Assembly (NCBI GenBank): GCA_965367815.1 | Contig: CBDUKN010000001.1 | Location: 64,001-128,000 of the forward strand | Origin: an uncultured Thermoprotei archaeon | GTDB lineage: Archaea; Thermoproteota; Thermoprotei; Thermofilales; B15-G2 | DNA length: 64,000 nt | Direction: 5' to 3' | Shown: piece after piece, positions 19,376-28,590 of the stretch | Position numbering within the stretch: the first letter of the stretch is position 1 | Layout of the letters: each line of letters begins with the position of its first letter | The notes under the pieces: generated by a model | What the model was told of the DNA's origin: nothing | The model's input: the letters and a program-made list of their open reading frames with translations, nothing else | Databases searched by the model: none | Translations under genes and position numbers: made by a program

Positions 19376-20659
19376 TTAAAGACGTATTTTAGGCATTTTT
19401 AGAACATCTTTGAGCAGGCTTGGCGGATAGTCTCCTAGACCTATTATCTTTACTTTAGAGATGGGCCACACAATATCGGCTTCAAGACAGATTTCGTAGT
19501 CGATTTTTATTGAAGGCTCCTCAGATGCTGCTTGAGCTTCAACACTTACTTCTTGACCTGGTTCAAGCACTTTATCTACCTTTACTTCATTTCCGTCAAC
19601 AGTAAGTTTTTCTACTTTAATGAAATTATCGTGAATATTCTTTAAGGTTACTGAGACTTTCACTTTATCGTCTACTTTGCCTTTAGGCTCTACCTTTACT
19701 CTAATATGTTGCTTAAAGTCAAATTTCCAGCCCTCAATCTTTATTGAAGCCCTAGGATAGCCTGGCTGAATTCTGTTTCCCTTATATACTGCCTCTACTT
19801 GAACTCTGTAGTCAACATCGTATACTGCAATATAGTTACCCGAGTACTCGCGTAGAATACCTTGATAGAGCTTTTTCTCGCCGTCGATATCAGTTACTTC
19901 AATTGTAAGGAGATGGCCTATACTGTTTTCAAGCAAGGGGTTATAGCTTACGGAGCCTATTGTAGACTTAGTTATGTCTTCTAGAGACCTCTTTATTTCT
20001 GGAGAAAAGTAAGCGACCATAGATATTCCTCCGGCTAGTGTTGCTGTTAGCTTGTCTTTAACGAAGATGAGGGAGTTGTAAATTCTGCGTCCAAGTCTTT
20101 TTATTAGTGGTGGATGATAAATAGACCTTAGTTCTTTCCACTTCTCTTTAAGTTCTTCTTCAGATAGTAAGTCTTTAAATATTATGATAGCGTTTAAGTT
20201 CTTAATATCAGATGGAAATATTTTCTTAGAGATCAGTGAAGGAGGAGCCCAAGGATTCCACTTAACTTGGTCTAAAGTAAAGTTTTCTGGAATAAGTTTC
20301 ATTTTCTTAAACTCTTTGAGAAGCTCTTCTGCTTCCTCAAGAAACTTCTTATCTTTAGTTTCTCTATAGTTTTCTACTAGAAAAGCTAAAAGCGATACTG
20401 GATTCTCTATTTTTTCGCTAGGAAAGTATATTTCAAAGCCGCCTCCACTTCTAGGAGGAGTGACTATTTTACCATAATACGCTTCGTTTCCCAAGAAAAC
20501 AAAGGCTCTTTTACCTACAACCACTTTCAGCACTCTATCTCTCGTAAGAACGTCTGCTATAGCGTAAATTATTGAAAGCACTAAACCTATTGCAAGTAAG
20601 TATAAGATGAGCTGAGTATAGTATTCTATTAAGCCGAGTGTTGCGTTTACGTCTACCAT
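19376..20659 (-). CDS. Membrane-anchored hypothetical protein
   Basis: 427-aa ORF, single N-terminal TM helix, beta-rich C-terminus. Confidence 0.7.
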   Translation of the reverse strand: MVDVNATLGLIEYYTQLILYLLAIGLVLSIIYAIADVLTRDRVLKVVVGKRAFVFLGNEAYYGKIVTPPRSGGGFEIYFPSEKIENPVSLLAFLVENYRETKDKKFLEEAEELLKEFKKMKLIPENFTLDQVKWNPWAPPSLISKKIFPSDIKNLNAIIIFKDLLSEEELKEKWKELRSIYHPPLIKRLGRRIYNSLIFVKDKLTATLAGGISMVAYFSPEIKRSLEDITKSTIGSVSYNPLLENSIGHLLTIEVTDIDGEKKLYQGILREYSGNYIAVYDVDYRVQVEAVYKGNRIQPGYPRASIKIEGWKFDFKQHIRVKVEPKGKVDDKVKVSVTLKNIHDNFIKVEKLTVDGNEVKVDKVLEPGQEVSVEAQAASEEPSIKIDYEICLEADIVWPISKVKIIGLGDYPPSLLKDVLKMPKIRL

Positions 20660-20741
20660 CGTAGAGTTTTGGTGGAAATATTTAAATCCGTTTTTATTTG
20701 GTTCACGTAAAGTAAAATAGCCCTAAAGAAACTATATTCAT

Positions 20742-21134
20742 GTGAATTTGATAGTAAAATACAAAGTTTGGTTTGAATCAGAGAAAGGAGACTTTGTTCT
20801 GGGACCAGGAGGCATAGAATTGCTTAAAGCAATACATGAAACAGGAAGTATTAGAAAAGCCTGCGAGAAATGCGGGTGGTCCTATAAGCGCGCATTAAAC
20901 TACCTTAATTCACTAGAAGAAACTCTAGGAACTAAGATTACTGTAAGGAAAAGAGGAGGAAGGAGAGGTGGAGGAACGGTTCTAACAGATGAAGCTCTCA
21001 GACTAGTCAATGTATATAGTGAAGTATGTAGGAAAATAGAAGAAGGGATACATGAAGTAAAGTTTAAGAACATCAGAGGCTCAGGTTCTCATCACAGTGG
21101 GGAGTCAGAACCCCACCGTTTCACTCACCTGTAG
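20742..21134 (+). CDS. ModE N-terminal-like winged-helix regulator
   Basis: LLKAIHETGSIRKAC...SYKRA...RGGRRGGGTVLT. Confidence 0.85.
   Translation: MNLIVKYKVWFESEKGDFVLGPGGIELLKAIHETGSIRKACEKCGWSYKRALNYLNSLEETLGTKITVRKRGGRRGGGTVLTDEALRLVNVYSEVCRKIEEGIHEVKFKNIRGSGSHHSGESEPHRFTHL
21070..21132 (-). ncRNA. Box C/D sRNA candidate just 3' of acdA, antisense to the ModE-like tail
   Basis: Minus strand GUGAGUGA (C-like) - AACGGUGGGGUU - CUGA (D') - CUCCCCACU - GUGAUGA (C') - GAACCUGAGCCU - CUGA (D). Confidence 0.7.
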
Positions 21135-21136
21135 TA

Positions 21137-22540
21137 CTATTCCTGCTTTGAGCTAGATATTTGTTGCTGTATAGCGCCGTAGTCCACTAGTGCTTTTACC
21201 GCTACGGCTGCGTCTTCTGGCGTCTTATATATCGGTATACCAGCCTCTACTTCGATTTCACTTGAGTGCTTTTCAGTGTAACTTCCTCCTGGAGCGACCA
21301 TTACTATAGGCTTGTCTGTCTCAGAGACTATTCGCTTTAAGTAGTCTTTAAGAGTCTTCGGGTTCAGTGCTGGAGACTGCATTAAGGTAATTACTACTAC
21401 TACGTCTACGTTAGGGTCTTTTAGCACTAAGTTTACGGCATCGCGATATCTCTCGGCAGGAGCATCTCCAAGAATATCTACAGGGTTTGCTGTTGAAGCT
21501 GATGAAGGAAGAACTTTTTCAAGCTCGGCTACTGTGCTCGGAGACAGCGAGGGTATTTCTAGGCCTTTTGATTCTAGCTCGTCTGCCATTAAGACTCCTG
21601 CTCCGCCGCCATTAGTTACTATGCCTACTCTCGGCCCCTTAGCTGGAGGCTGGAGAGCTAGCGCCTTTGAGGCGTTTAGAAGGCTTTTTAGGTCTTCTAC
21701 TACTATTGCTCCATGTTGCTTGAGGGCGCCCTCATATACTTTATAGGAGCCGGCCATACTTCCTGTATGTGATGCTACTGCTGCTGCTCCTCGAGTGGTT
21801 TTTCCTGCTTTCAGCACTACTACTGGCTTCTTAGCTGAAGCCTTTTTAATCGCTTTTAGAAACTCTCTTCCTCTTCTGACTCCCTCGATGTAGCAGGCTA
21901 TTACTTTAGTTTCAGGGTCTTCTGCAAGGAACTCTATTAGCTCTGTTTCATCTACATCGGCTGCGTTGCCATAGCTGATGAAGTGGCTCATTCCTATGTT
22001 TGTGGCAGCAATCCAGTCAAGTAGTGCTGCGCCTAAGGCACCGCTCTGGCTTACGAAAGCGATAGGCCCTGGCTCGGGTTTAGCCTGTCTGTCACTAGGA
22101 TTGAATATTGTGTCGAGGCCACTGTGAGCAGAATACACGCCGAGGCAGTTAGGGCCTATGATTTTTACTTCGTGTTCTCGAGCTAAAGAAACTAATTTTT
22201 CTTCAAGCTCAGCCCCCTCTTTTCCTGATTCTCTGAAGCCTGCGCTTATCACTATGGCTCCTTTTACTTCCTTCTCTCCACAGTCCTTTATTACGCTTAG
22301 AACAGCTTCTGCCGGAACAGCTATTACTGCTAAATCTACTTGGCCCGGAATATCTTTCACAGATTTATAGCACTTTAAGTTGAAGACTTTATCGTACTTT
22401 ATGTTAACTGGGTAGATAGAGCCTTTGAATGAGGAAAGAAGGTTTTCCATTATAGCTCTACCAATACTACCCTTTTTCTCAGAGGCTCCCACTACAGCTA
22501 CACTTCTAGCTCTGAAAATTTTCTCGAGACTACTGACCAT
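21137..22540 (-). CDS. acdA: Acetate/acyl--CoA ligase (ADP-forming) alpha subunit
   Basis: VAVVGAS, IIGPNCLG, SQSGALG, ASHTGSMAG phospho-His motif, NPVDILGDA. Confidence 0.92.
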   Translation of the reverse strand: MVSSLEKIFRARSVAVVGASEKKGSIGRAIMENLLSSFKGSIYPVNIKYDKVFNLKCYKSVKDIPGQVDLAVIAVPAEAVLSVIKDCGEKEVKGAIVISAGFRESGKEGAELEEKLVSLAREHEVKIIGPNCLGVYSAHSGLDTIFNPSDRQAKPEPGPIAFVSQSGALGAALLDWIAATNIGMSHFISYGNAADVDETELIEFLAEDPETKVIACYIEGVRRGREFLKAIKKASAKKPVVVLKAGKTTRGAAAVASHTGSMAGSYKVYEGALKQHGAIVVEDLKSLLNASKALALQPPAKGPRVGIVTNGGGAGVLMADELESKGLEIPSLSPSTVAELEKVLPSSASTANPVDILGDAPAERYRDAVNLVLKDPNVDVVVVITLMQSPALNPKTLKDYLKRIVSETDKPIVMVAPGGSYTEKHSSEIEVEAGIPIYKTPEDAAVAVKALVDYGAIQQQISSSKQE

Positions 22541-22665
22541 AATTGGGTATCAGTGGTTCCTCTTATTAATTTAGTTATGCGACTTAAATAATTAGATCTA
22601 AAGCCTTGGTAAATATCTAGTAGAATAAAGAAAGTATTTGAATTAAAGAAGTCAAAAACTGTTAC

Positions 22666-23691
22666 TTAGCTTCCCGAAGATGGAGAGGACTTAGTGGATT
22701 GCTGTGGAGGCGTAATTAGTACTGGGACTCCCTGACCCTGAGGAACTACTATTATGAGGCCTCCTTTTTCAGCTACTTTCTCGAGTGCTGCTATGTACTG
22801 CTGTATTAGCGCATATTCAGTTGAATTATACGCTGAGATAATGAGTATTATGGCTTTCTTCTGGGCTTCTGCTCTAATGAGTGTAGCGTTGGCTTCAGCT
22901 AGAGCAGCTATTATCCTTGCCTCTGCTTCAGCTTTAGCGGCTATAATCTTAGCTAATGCTGTGGCATTAGCTTCAATTAGTAGCTTCTTTTTACGGTATT
23001 CTGCTGCTAGTGCTTCCTGCTGTGCTGCTAGCTTTTCTTCGATAGCTTTCTTCACGTCAGACGGTATATCAATGTTCCTTACAGCTACATCTATTATCTT
23101 GATACAGCCTTTGAGTGTAGGATCGCTTATGAGTCTACTTTCAGTCGCATTAATTATCTCTAGCCTAACTTTTTCCCTCTTCTCGATGATTTCTGTTAAA
23201 GTATATTTCGCGATGATGTTTCTCACATCTTCTCGTATAATAGGAACTATAGCGTTTTCTTCGAACATTAAGTCAGGGTACCTTTTAACAAGCTCTTTGA
23301 TAGCTGTATCGCTTTGGACTACTTGATACCTGACGGTAATATCTACCTGTACTTCAGCGCCGTCTTTAGTGAGCGCCATTACCGCAGGATAATCTCGTGG
23401 AGGATTCTTGAACATGTCGACTGCTTCTACTTTGAGCCAGACTACTTTCTTGAACTGCCAAGGCATTTTAATGAAGTAGGCTGGGCCGTAGACTACTGAA
23501 ATTATTTCATGTGAAAGTGGGTCGTAGATTACGGCGGCGTAGCCTAAATCAACATAATCTATTGTAGCTGCGAGCAAAATTATGAGCACAATGCCCAGTA
23601 TGAGTCCTACTACAAGTAGTTTAGTGTACTTAATGCTTTTCTTCATTTTTCTTCGGGAAGGAAAACCTACATCGACGGGAACCTCGGTCAT
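22666..23691 (-). CDS. SPFH/prohibitin (band 7) membrane protein
   Basis: TM helix, TKDGAEVQVDITVRY, AIEEKLAAQQEA, Ala/Glu coiled coil. Confidence 0.9.
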   Translation of the reverse strand: MTEVPVDVGFPSRRKMKKSIKYTKLLVVGLILGIVLIILLAATIDYVDLGYAAVIYDPLSHEIISVVYGPAYFIKMPWQFKKVVWLKVEAVDMFKNPPRDYPAVMALTKDGAEVQVDITVRYQVVQSDTAIKELVKRYPDLMFEENAIVPIIREDVRNIIAKYTLTEIIEKREKVRLEIINATESRLISDPTLKGCIKIIDVAVRNIDIPSDVKKAIEEKLAAQQEALAAEYRKKKLLIEANATALAKIIAAKAEAEARIIAALAEANATLIRAEAQKKAIILIISAYNSTEYALIQQYIAALEKVAEKGGLIIVVPQGQGVPVLITPPQQSTKSSPSSGS

Positions 23692-23746
23692 CGTGAAGAT
23701 AGTAGGAAAAACATCTCATAAATTTTTCAGTCATCAGGTTTTGAGG

Positions 23747-26245
23747 CTATAGTTTGACTGTAAACACTTTTTCAGGAGCATTGAGAGATCCGTATTTCAG
23801 TTCAACTGCATCGATATACTTGCTTCTAATGGTTATTTTTAGAGGCCTAGGCTCTCCGGGAACTATATTGAAGTAGTTATCGCTGTAAGTAACGTATTTG
23901 GGGTCTACTCCTGTCACTTTAACATAAGTGAAGTAAGAGTACTTGCTAGAAGATAATGTAAGCTTAACTACAGTATTTTCTTCAATTCTCTTAGCTTCCT
24001 CTACTTTAATCTCTATGCTTGTTTCAGGCAGCTTCAGGTCAAAGTGCTTAGCGAAGAACAGTGTATTTTCATGTACTTTCTTTTCATTTACGTAGAGTTT
24101 TCCTATTAGAACTCTATCATCTACTCTGTCTAGCGGAAGATCTTTTAACATGACTTCATGTACTTTCTTCGCGGAGTTCTCTTCAACACTAAAGTCTACT
24201 TCTCTGCTGAAGAGTGTTTTTCCGTTGAAGTCTATTAGTCTTAAAGCTACTTTGCCGCTAATCTTCTTCAGAGCATCGTTAACTACATAGACTTCGACAG
24301 CTTCTTTTTTCTTCTTGAAGACTAATATTATTGGGCTATAGGCTTTCTTAACGTAGAAGTAAGCTGCCTTGGGGTTAAAGAAGTAGTCTACTACTTCCCA
24401 GCAGATATTGGGCCAAGGAGCATTAAAGTTCCAGTACATGCAGCCTCCACACGCGAATTTCCTCGACCGGTAGTGCTCTATAGCTATTTTAAGAGCATAT
24501 GCCTGTACCAGCTGCGAAAGTAGAACATAGTCTCTTAGAGTAAGTGGCTTCCCGAACTCCCGAATATAGTAGGCCATTTTCCATGGAGTGTGGTAATGGT
24601 ATATCCATGTCTCGCTTATAGGCCAGAGATTCTCCTCTTTAATGAACTTCTTCAAAGTATCTATATCGGGAGCAGCCTGGAAGCCGAACTCTGTTATGAA
24701 TCGTCCTTCGTCTTCTAAGTATTTTTCAATAGGCTCGTAGCGGTGCCAAACATACCAGTTGTGCCTATTGCCTTCTTCCATAGAATTAGGGTGCTTTCCT
24801 CCCCAAGGACTGCTTGGCCAGTAAGGCCTGCCGGGATCATATTTCTGAATAACTTCGGGAAGTATTTTGTAGAATATCGGGTGGTCATCGTGCTTTATTC
24901 CCATATTGTACATCATCCAGTCTATCTCATTGTTACCACACCACAGAATTATTGACGGGTGGTTTCTAAGTCTCTTGACAATACTCTCAGTCTCCTTCTT
25001 GACTAGTTCGAGGAACTCTTCGTGAGTAGGGTAATAGGCTGTACTGTAGGGGAAGTCTTGCCAGACCATTATTCCCAGCTCATCGCATAGATCGTAGAAC
25101 ATATCATGTTCAATTAAGCCTCCGCCCCATACTCTAACAGCGTTGTGGTTTGCTTCAGCCATCATCCTTAAAGCGCGCTCATACTTATCGGAGGTTATTC
25201 TGCCTATAAGGAGGTCTAGTGGAATCCAGTTGGCGCCCTTGACGAATACTTTTACTCCATTTATCTTAAAGTAGAAGACTTTACCGTTAGGTGTCTCAGG
25301 TCCCTCAGTTACAAGCTCTATAGTCCTTATACCGAATCGAGTGAAATACTCGTCTACTTTGCTTACACCCAAATAGAGCTCGGCCGTGAGCTCGTAGAGG
25401 TTTTGCTCACCGTAGCCTCTAGGCCACCACAAGTAAGGCTTCTCTACAGAATACTCTTTTTTGATAATGTTAAGTCCTTTCTTCAGCTCTACTTCTAAAG
25501 AATCCTTTAAAAGACTGTCTTTACACGTTGCCTTTAGCACAAGCCTGTACTTATCTTCTTTAAACGCCTCTACTTCAGCTTCAATAAGAATCTTAGCGGA
25601 AGCATTACTGATCTCAAGGGTCCTAACGTAAATACTCCTTATTTTAGCTGAGTTTATGAAAACAAGCTTAACGTCGCGCCAAATACCTACAGTAAGCAGT
25701 CTCGTAGCCCAGTCCCACCCATAAGCATACTGAGCTTTCCTAGCCCAAGCCCTCAGCAAGTTAACAGGAAGTCCGCCCTTATTTCTCTTGCGCGTCCCAA
25801 GAAGCGGTGAACCGAGCTTAACTACAAGAATATTCTTTTCACCAAACCTAATTTTGTCGGTAACATCTACAACAAGCGGTAGAAACATGTCCTCATGTTC
25901 AGCTATCTTTATGCCATTAAGCCATACTGTAGCAAAAGTATCTAGTCCTTCAAATACTAGCTCAACTCTACTAGCCTTTAAGTCTTCTGAAACATAGAAG
26001 ACCTTCTTAAACCACCAGTCAACTTCTTCAACCCACCTACATTTCTCTGCATTTTTCTCGAAAAACGGGTCTTCAATAAGTCCTTTCTCTAAAAGATAGG
26101 TGTGAACATCGCCTGGCACGTTGCACTCAAGCCACGCTGAATCATCATAGTCCTCTTCGTATGGCTTTTTTCTCAGTCGCCAATACTCATCTGGCTCAAA
26201 CCATTTAAACTTCCACTTACCATTTAGTAAAAGCACTTTAGCCAT
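23747..26245 (-). CDS. GH2 beta-mannosidase
   Basis: FEGLDTFA, RKAQYAYGWDW, KGANWIP, VRVWGGG, RLRNHPSIILWCGNNE, FITEFG. Confidence 0.9.
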   Translation of the reverse strand: MAKVLLLNGKWKFKWFEPDEYWRLRKKPYEEDYDDSAWLECNVPGDVHTYLLEKGLIEDPFFEKNAEKCRWVEEVDWWFKKVFYVSEDLKASRVELVFEGLDTFATVWLNGIKIAEHEDMFLPLVVDVTDKIRFGEKNILVVKLGSPLLGTRKRNKGGLPVNLLRAWARKAQYAYGWDWATRLLTVGIWRDVKLVFINSAKIRSIYVRTLEISNASAKILIEAEVEAFKEDKYRLVLKATCKDSLLKDSLEVELKKGLNIIKKEYSVEKPYLWWPRGYGEQNLYELTAELYLGVSKVDEYFTRFGIRTIELVTEGPETPNGKVFYFKINGVKVFVKGANWIPLDLLIGRITSDKYERALRMMAEANHNAVRVWGGGLIEHDMFYDLCDELGIMVWQDFPYSTAYYPTHEEFLELVKKETESIVKRLRNHPSIILWCGNNEIDWMMYNMGIKHDDHPIFYKILPEVIQKYDPGRPYWPSSPWGGKHPNSMEEGNRHNWYVWHRYEPIEKYLEDEGRFITEFGFQAAPDIDTLKKFIKEENLWPISETWIYHYHTPWKMAYYIREFGKPLTLRDYVLLSQLVQAYALKIAIEHYRSRKFACGGCMYWNFNAPWPNICWEVVDYFFNPKAAYFYVKKAYSPIILVFKKKKEAVEVYVVNDALKKISGKVALRLIDFNGKTLFSREVDFSVEENSAKKVHEVMLKDLPLDRVDDRVLIGKLYVNEKKVHENTLFFAKHFDLKLPETSIEIKVEEAKRIEENTVVKLTLSSSKYSYFTYVKVTGVDPKYVTYSDNYFNIVPGEPRPLKITIRSKYIDAVELKYGSLNAPEKVFTVKL

Positions 26246-26314
26246 CAGTAAAATATAATCAACGCCTGATTTAAACATTAAAAGTAAAGCAAAAATATTA
26301 CCCAGTAAATATCT

Positions 26315-26378
26315 ACGTGTGATGAATCAGCGGCCTCTGCCGCTCTCCACGTGAGGAAAGGGGGTTTCAGCTGACTTT
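26315..26378 (+). ncRNA. Box C/D sRNA candidate
   Basis: GUGAUGA (C, 26319-26325) - AUCAGCGGCCU - CUGC (D'-like) - CGCUCUCCAC - GUGAGGA (C') - AAGGGGGUUUCAG - CUGA (D, 26371-26374). Confidence 0.7.
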
Positions 26379-26804
26379 TCTTCTAATGCATATTTCTTTG
26401 ATAACTACTAGTAGAGGCACTAATACTAGCTCTATCTCTTTACCTAAATCAGTCAAACTATAGTATGCTCTAATGGGCCTTGAAGTCAAGTCAATTTCCT
26501 TAAATACAATGCCGTACTTCTCAAGGAACTTCAGCTTATCGGAGAGAACTTGAGAGCTCACTCCGAAAGCCATCTTCAACTCATTAGAACACATTCTACC
26601 TCTTAAGTAGAGAGCATATACTATTCCAGGAGTCCATCTTAAAAGCACTGGCCTCAAAAAGGGGCTCTATTTTTGCTATTTCTTCCTAATACTATCTGTA
26701 CTTGCTCTGCTACATATTTTTCTCAAGAATTCTTCTATTTTAGCTAAAAATCTGTGAATATTTTCATGAAGGTTTTCGCTAGAATACTCAGTTTCTTCAC
26801 ACAT
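26367..26804 (-). pseudogene. HxlR-family winged-helix regulator, 5' part interrupted
   Basis: RWTPGIVYAL...GVSSQVLSDKLKFLEKYGIV...YSLTDLGKE; the upstream frame contains two TAGs, and a shifted frame reads EEIAKIEP. Confidence 0.6.
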
Positions 26805-26844
26805 ACCTTTCATTTTATTACTTAGTGCTATAAACTTACCTAGA

Positions 26845-27200
26845 TGTAGGCGACGTGGTTTTGTAGGCAGTTATCTTGCCGAACAACTAGTAGAAAAAGA
26901 AGCGGAAATAAGAGTACTGACAAGAATGCCCAGTAATCTCAAGCAAATAGAGCATTTGAGACAGAAAATCGAAGTAATTAAAGGCGATATCACAGTAAAA
27001 AGCGACGTCAGCCGAGCAATAGGGGGAGTAGAAATAGTCTTTCACTTAGCTGCCATATTTAGCCACACCGTATCCAAAACTGTATGGAAAGTAGGTCATC
27101 AAGGTACAGTAAATGTAGCAGAGGAAGCTCTTTTGAGGAATGTAGACTAATACACTTAAGTACAGTCGAAGTTCTCGGGCCAGCAGACGTAGCGGAGCAA
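26845..27200 (+). pseudogene. NAD-dependent epimerase/dehydratase (SDR) 5' fragment
   Basis: GFVGSYLAEQLVEK, IKGDIT, VFHLAA, GTVNVAEEA, then truncated. Confidence 0.65.
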
Positions 27201-27217
27201 CTAAAACCTAAAGTTTG

Positions 27218-28495
27218 CTAAACTACTACTGCCTTAAGGCGTATTGGCGGTGCTATTTCTGCTATAGGGAATCCTTTTTCACTAGATATTCTCATCGACA
27301 GCGAACGCCCTACATCAATTTGCTCTCTTAGCAGTGTTCTTGGCGAAAGCCGTACTTCTGTAGCATTTACAGCATACTTTATTTCTCCCTTCTCAATGTA
27401 GTAAAATGCTTCAGGAACTACTGTAACTATATTATCTTTTAGTTCTGCTTTAACTAGCCCCTCTATGTAGAATCCTTCTCTTGTTTCCTCAATTAACTCT
27501 GATGTCTTCCAGTCTCTAGGCTTCACTACGAGGTTGCTTTGCATTGCTTTAGGCTGTATAAAGAGTCCTCTAGCACTTGCATTAGGAGGAGCTTTCATGA
27601 TATATGCGGTCCAACGTGTATGCAGAAGCGAGACTATTGTACCATTTTCCACTAATGTTTTTCTACTAGCGTAGACTCCTTCGTCGTCGAAAAAGTAGCT
27701 CGCGTAGCCTTCAGGTACAAGAGGGTCGTCTACTACAGTTATATTGGATTTAAACAGTTTTGCTCCAGGTCTTATTCCGAGATTTCTCTCTACAACTACG
27801 TCTGCTTCAAGAAGATGCCCTACTACTTCGTGGAATAGTGCTCCCGAGCACTCTGAGCTAAAGACTACTGTGTACTTTAAGCCTCTCCTAAAAATGTCTA
27901 AAGGCCTTGCTTTTAACATAGCCAGCAGTCTTGAAGAAATTTTCTTTGCGATTAGAGAAGGATCTGGCAAGTACTTCAAGTTACCGGTAAACCCTACTAT
28001 AGTGCTTGCTGTCTTACTTGAGTAAGTAGCAGAAGCAATAAGCTCTACTATGGTTTTCTCTTCAGAAGCATTTGCGCCGTCGCTTGTAATAATATTTCTT
28101 TCGGTAGTGTAAGCTGTTAAAATTACTTCTGGAATTACTTCAAGAGGATGAAGGAAGTCTCTAATATTGTCTGAAAGTGAAACAACGTAGTCTACTGCTT
28201 CCTCTGCATCAATTTCATATGAGGCTTTATAGGAGCCTTTAGCTAATTTCGCTTCAGCAAGTCCCTCAATTTTCTTAGTAGTTCTTCTGCTCATTGACAC
28301 CGCTTTCAAAGCTTTCTCCTTGAGTGTCTTAAAGTCTTCTTTATTGCTCGACGCAATGCCGTAGACTCCGTCTTTAAGTATCCTTACACCCTTGACTCTA
28401 GACTTATTCTCGTTTATTTCAAGTGAACGCCCGCGGAAAGCTATCTCGAGAATAGAAGATTTGAGAGAAATGTAAGTGGTCTGTTCGACTACCAT
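27218..28495 (-). CDS. TldD/PmbA family metalloprotease
   Basis: LFHEVVGHLLEAD, DDP, FDDEGV motifs. Confidence 0.9.
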   Translation of the reverse strand: MVVEQTTYISLKSSILEIAFRGRSLEINENKSRVKGVRILKDGVYGIASSNKEDFKTLKEKALKAVSMSRRTTKKIEGLAEAKLAKGSYKASYEIDAEEAVDYVVSLSDNIRDFLHPLEVIPEVILTAYTTERNIITSDGANASEEKTIVELIASATYSSKTASTIVGFTGNLKYLPDPSLIAKKISSRLLAMLKARPLDIFRRGLKYTVVFSSECSGALFHEVVGHLLEADVVVERNLGIRPGAKLFKSNITVVDDPLVPEGYASYFFDDEGVYASRKTLVENGTIVSLLHTRWTAYIMKAPPNASARGLFIQPKAMQSNLVVKPRDWKTSELIEETREGFYIEGLVKAELKDNIVTVVPEAFYYIEKGEIKYAVNATEVRLSPRTLLREQIDVGRSLSMRISSEKGFPIAEIAPPIRLKAVVV

Positions 28496-28532
28496 TTCAA
28501 GTAAGTAGATATAGCGGAACGACATATAAAGT

Positions 28533-28590
28533 TACAGTGATGACCGGGTAAGGTTTCGGAGCAGTGACGAACGGGCTATAGTCTGATTTC
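28533..28590 (+). ncRNA. Box C/D methylation guide sRNA
   Basis: GUGAUGA (C) - CCGGGUAAGGUUU - CGGA (D') - GCA - GUGACGA (C') - ACGGGCUAUAGU - CUGA (D). The first guide is complementary to the conserved 16S rRNA AACCUUACC motif. Confidence 0.88.

Noticed and set aside
26660-26685. Two in-frame TAG codons in the HxlR gene as amber recoding (pyrrolysine)
   Set aside because: A shifted frame reads naturally (EEIAKIEP); TAG is a normal stop for many genes here and no pyl genes are present
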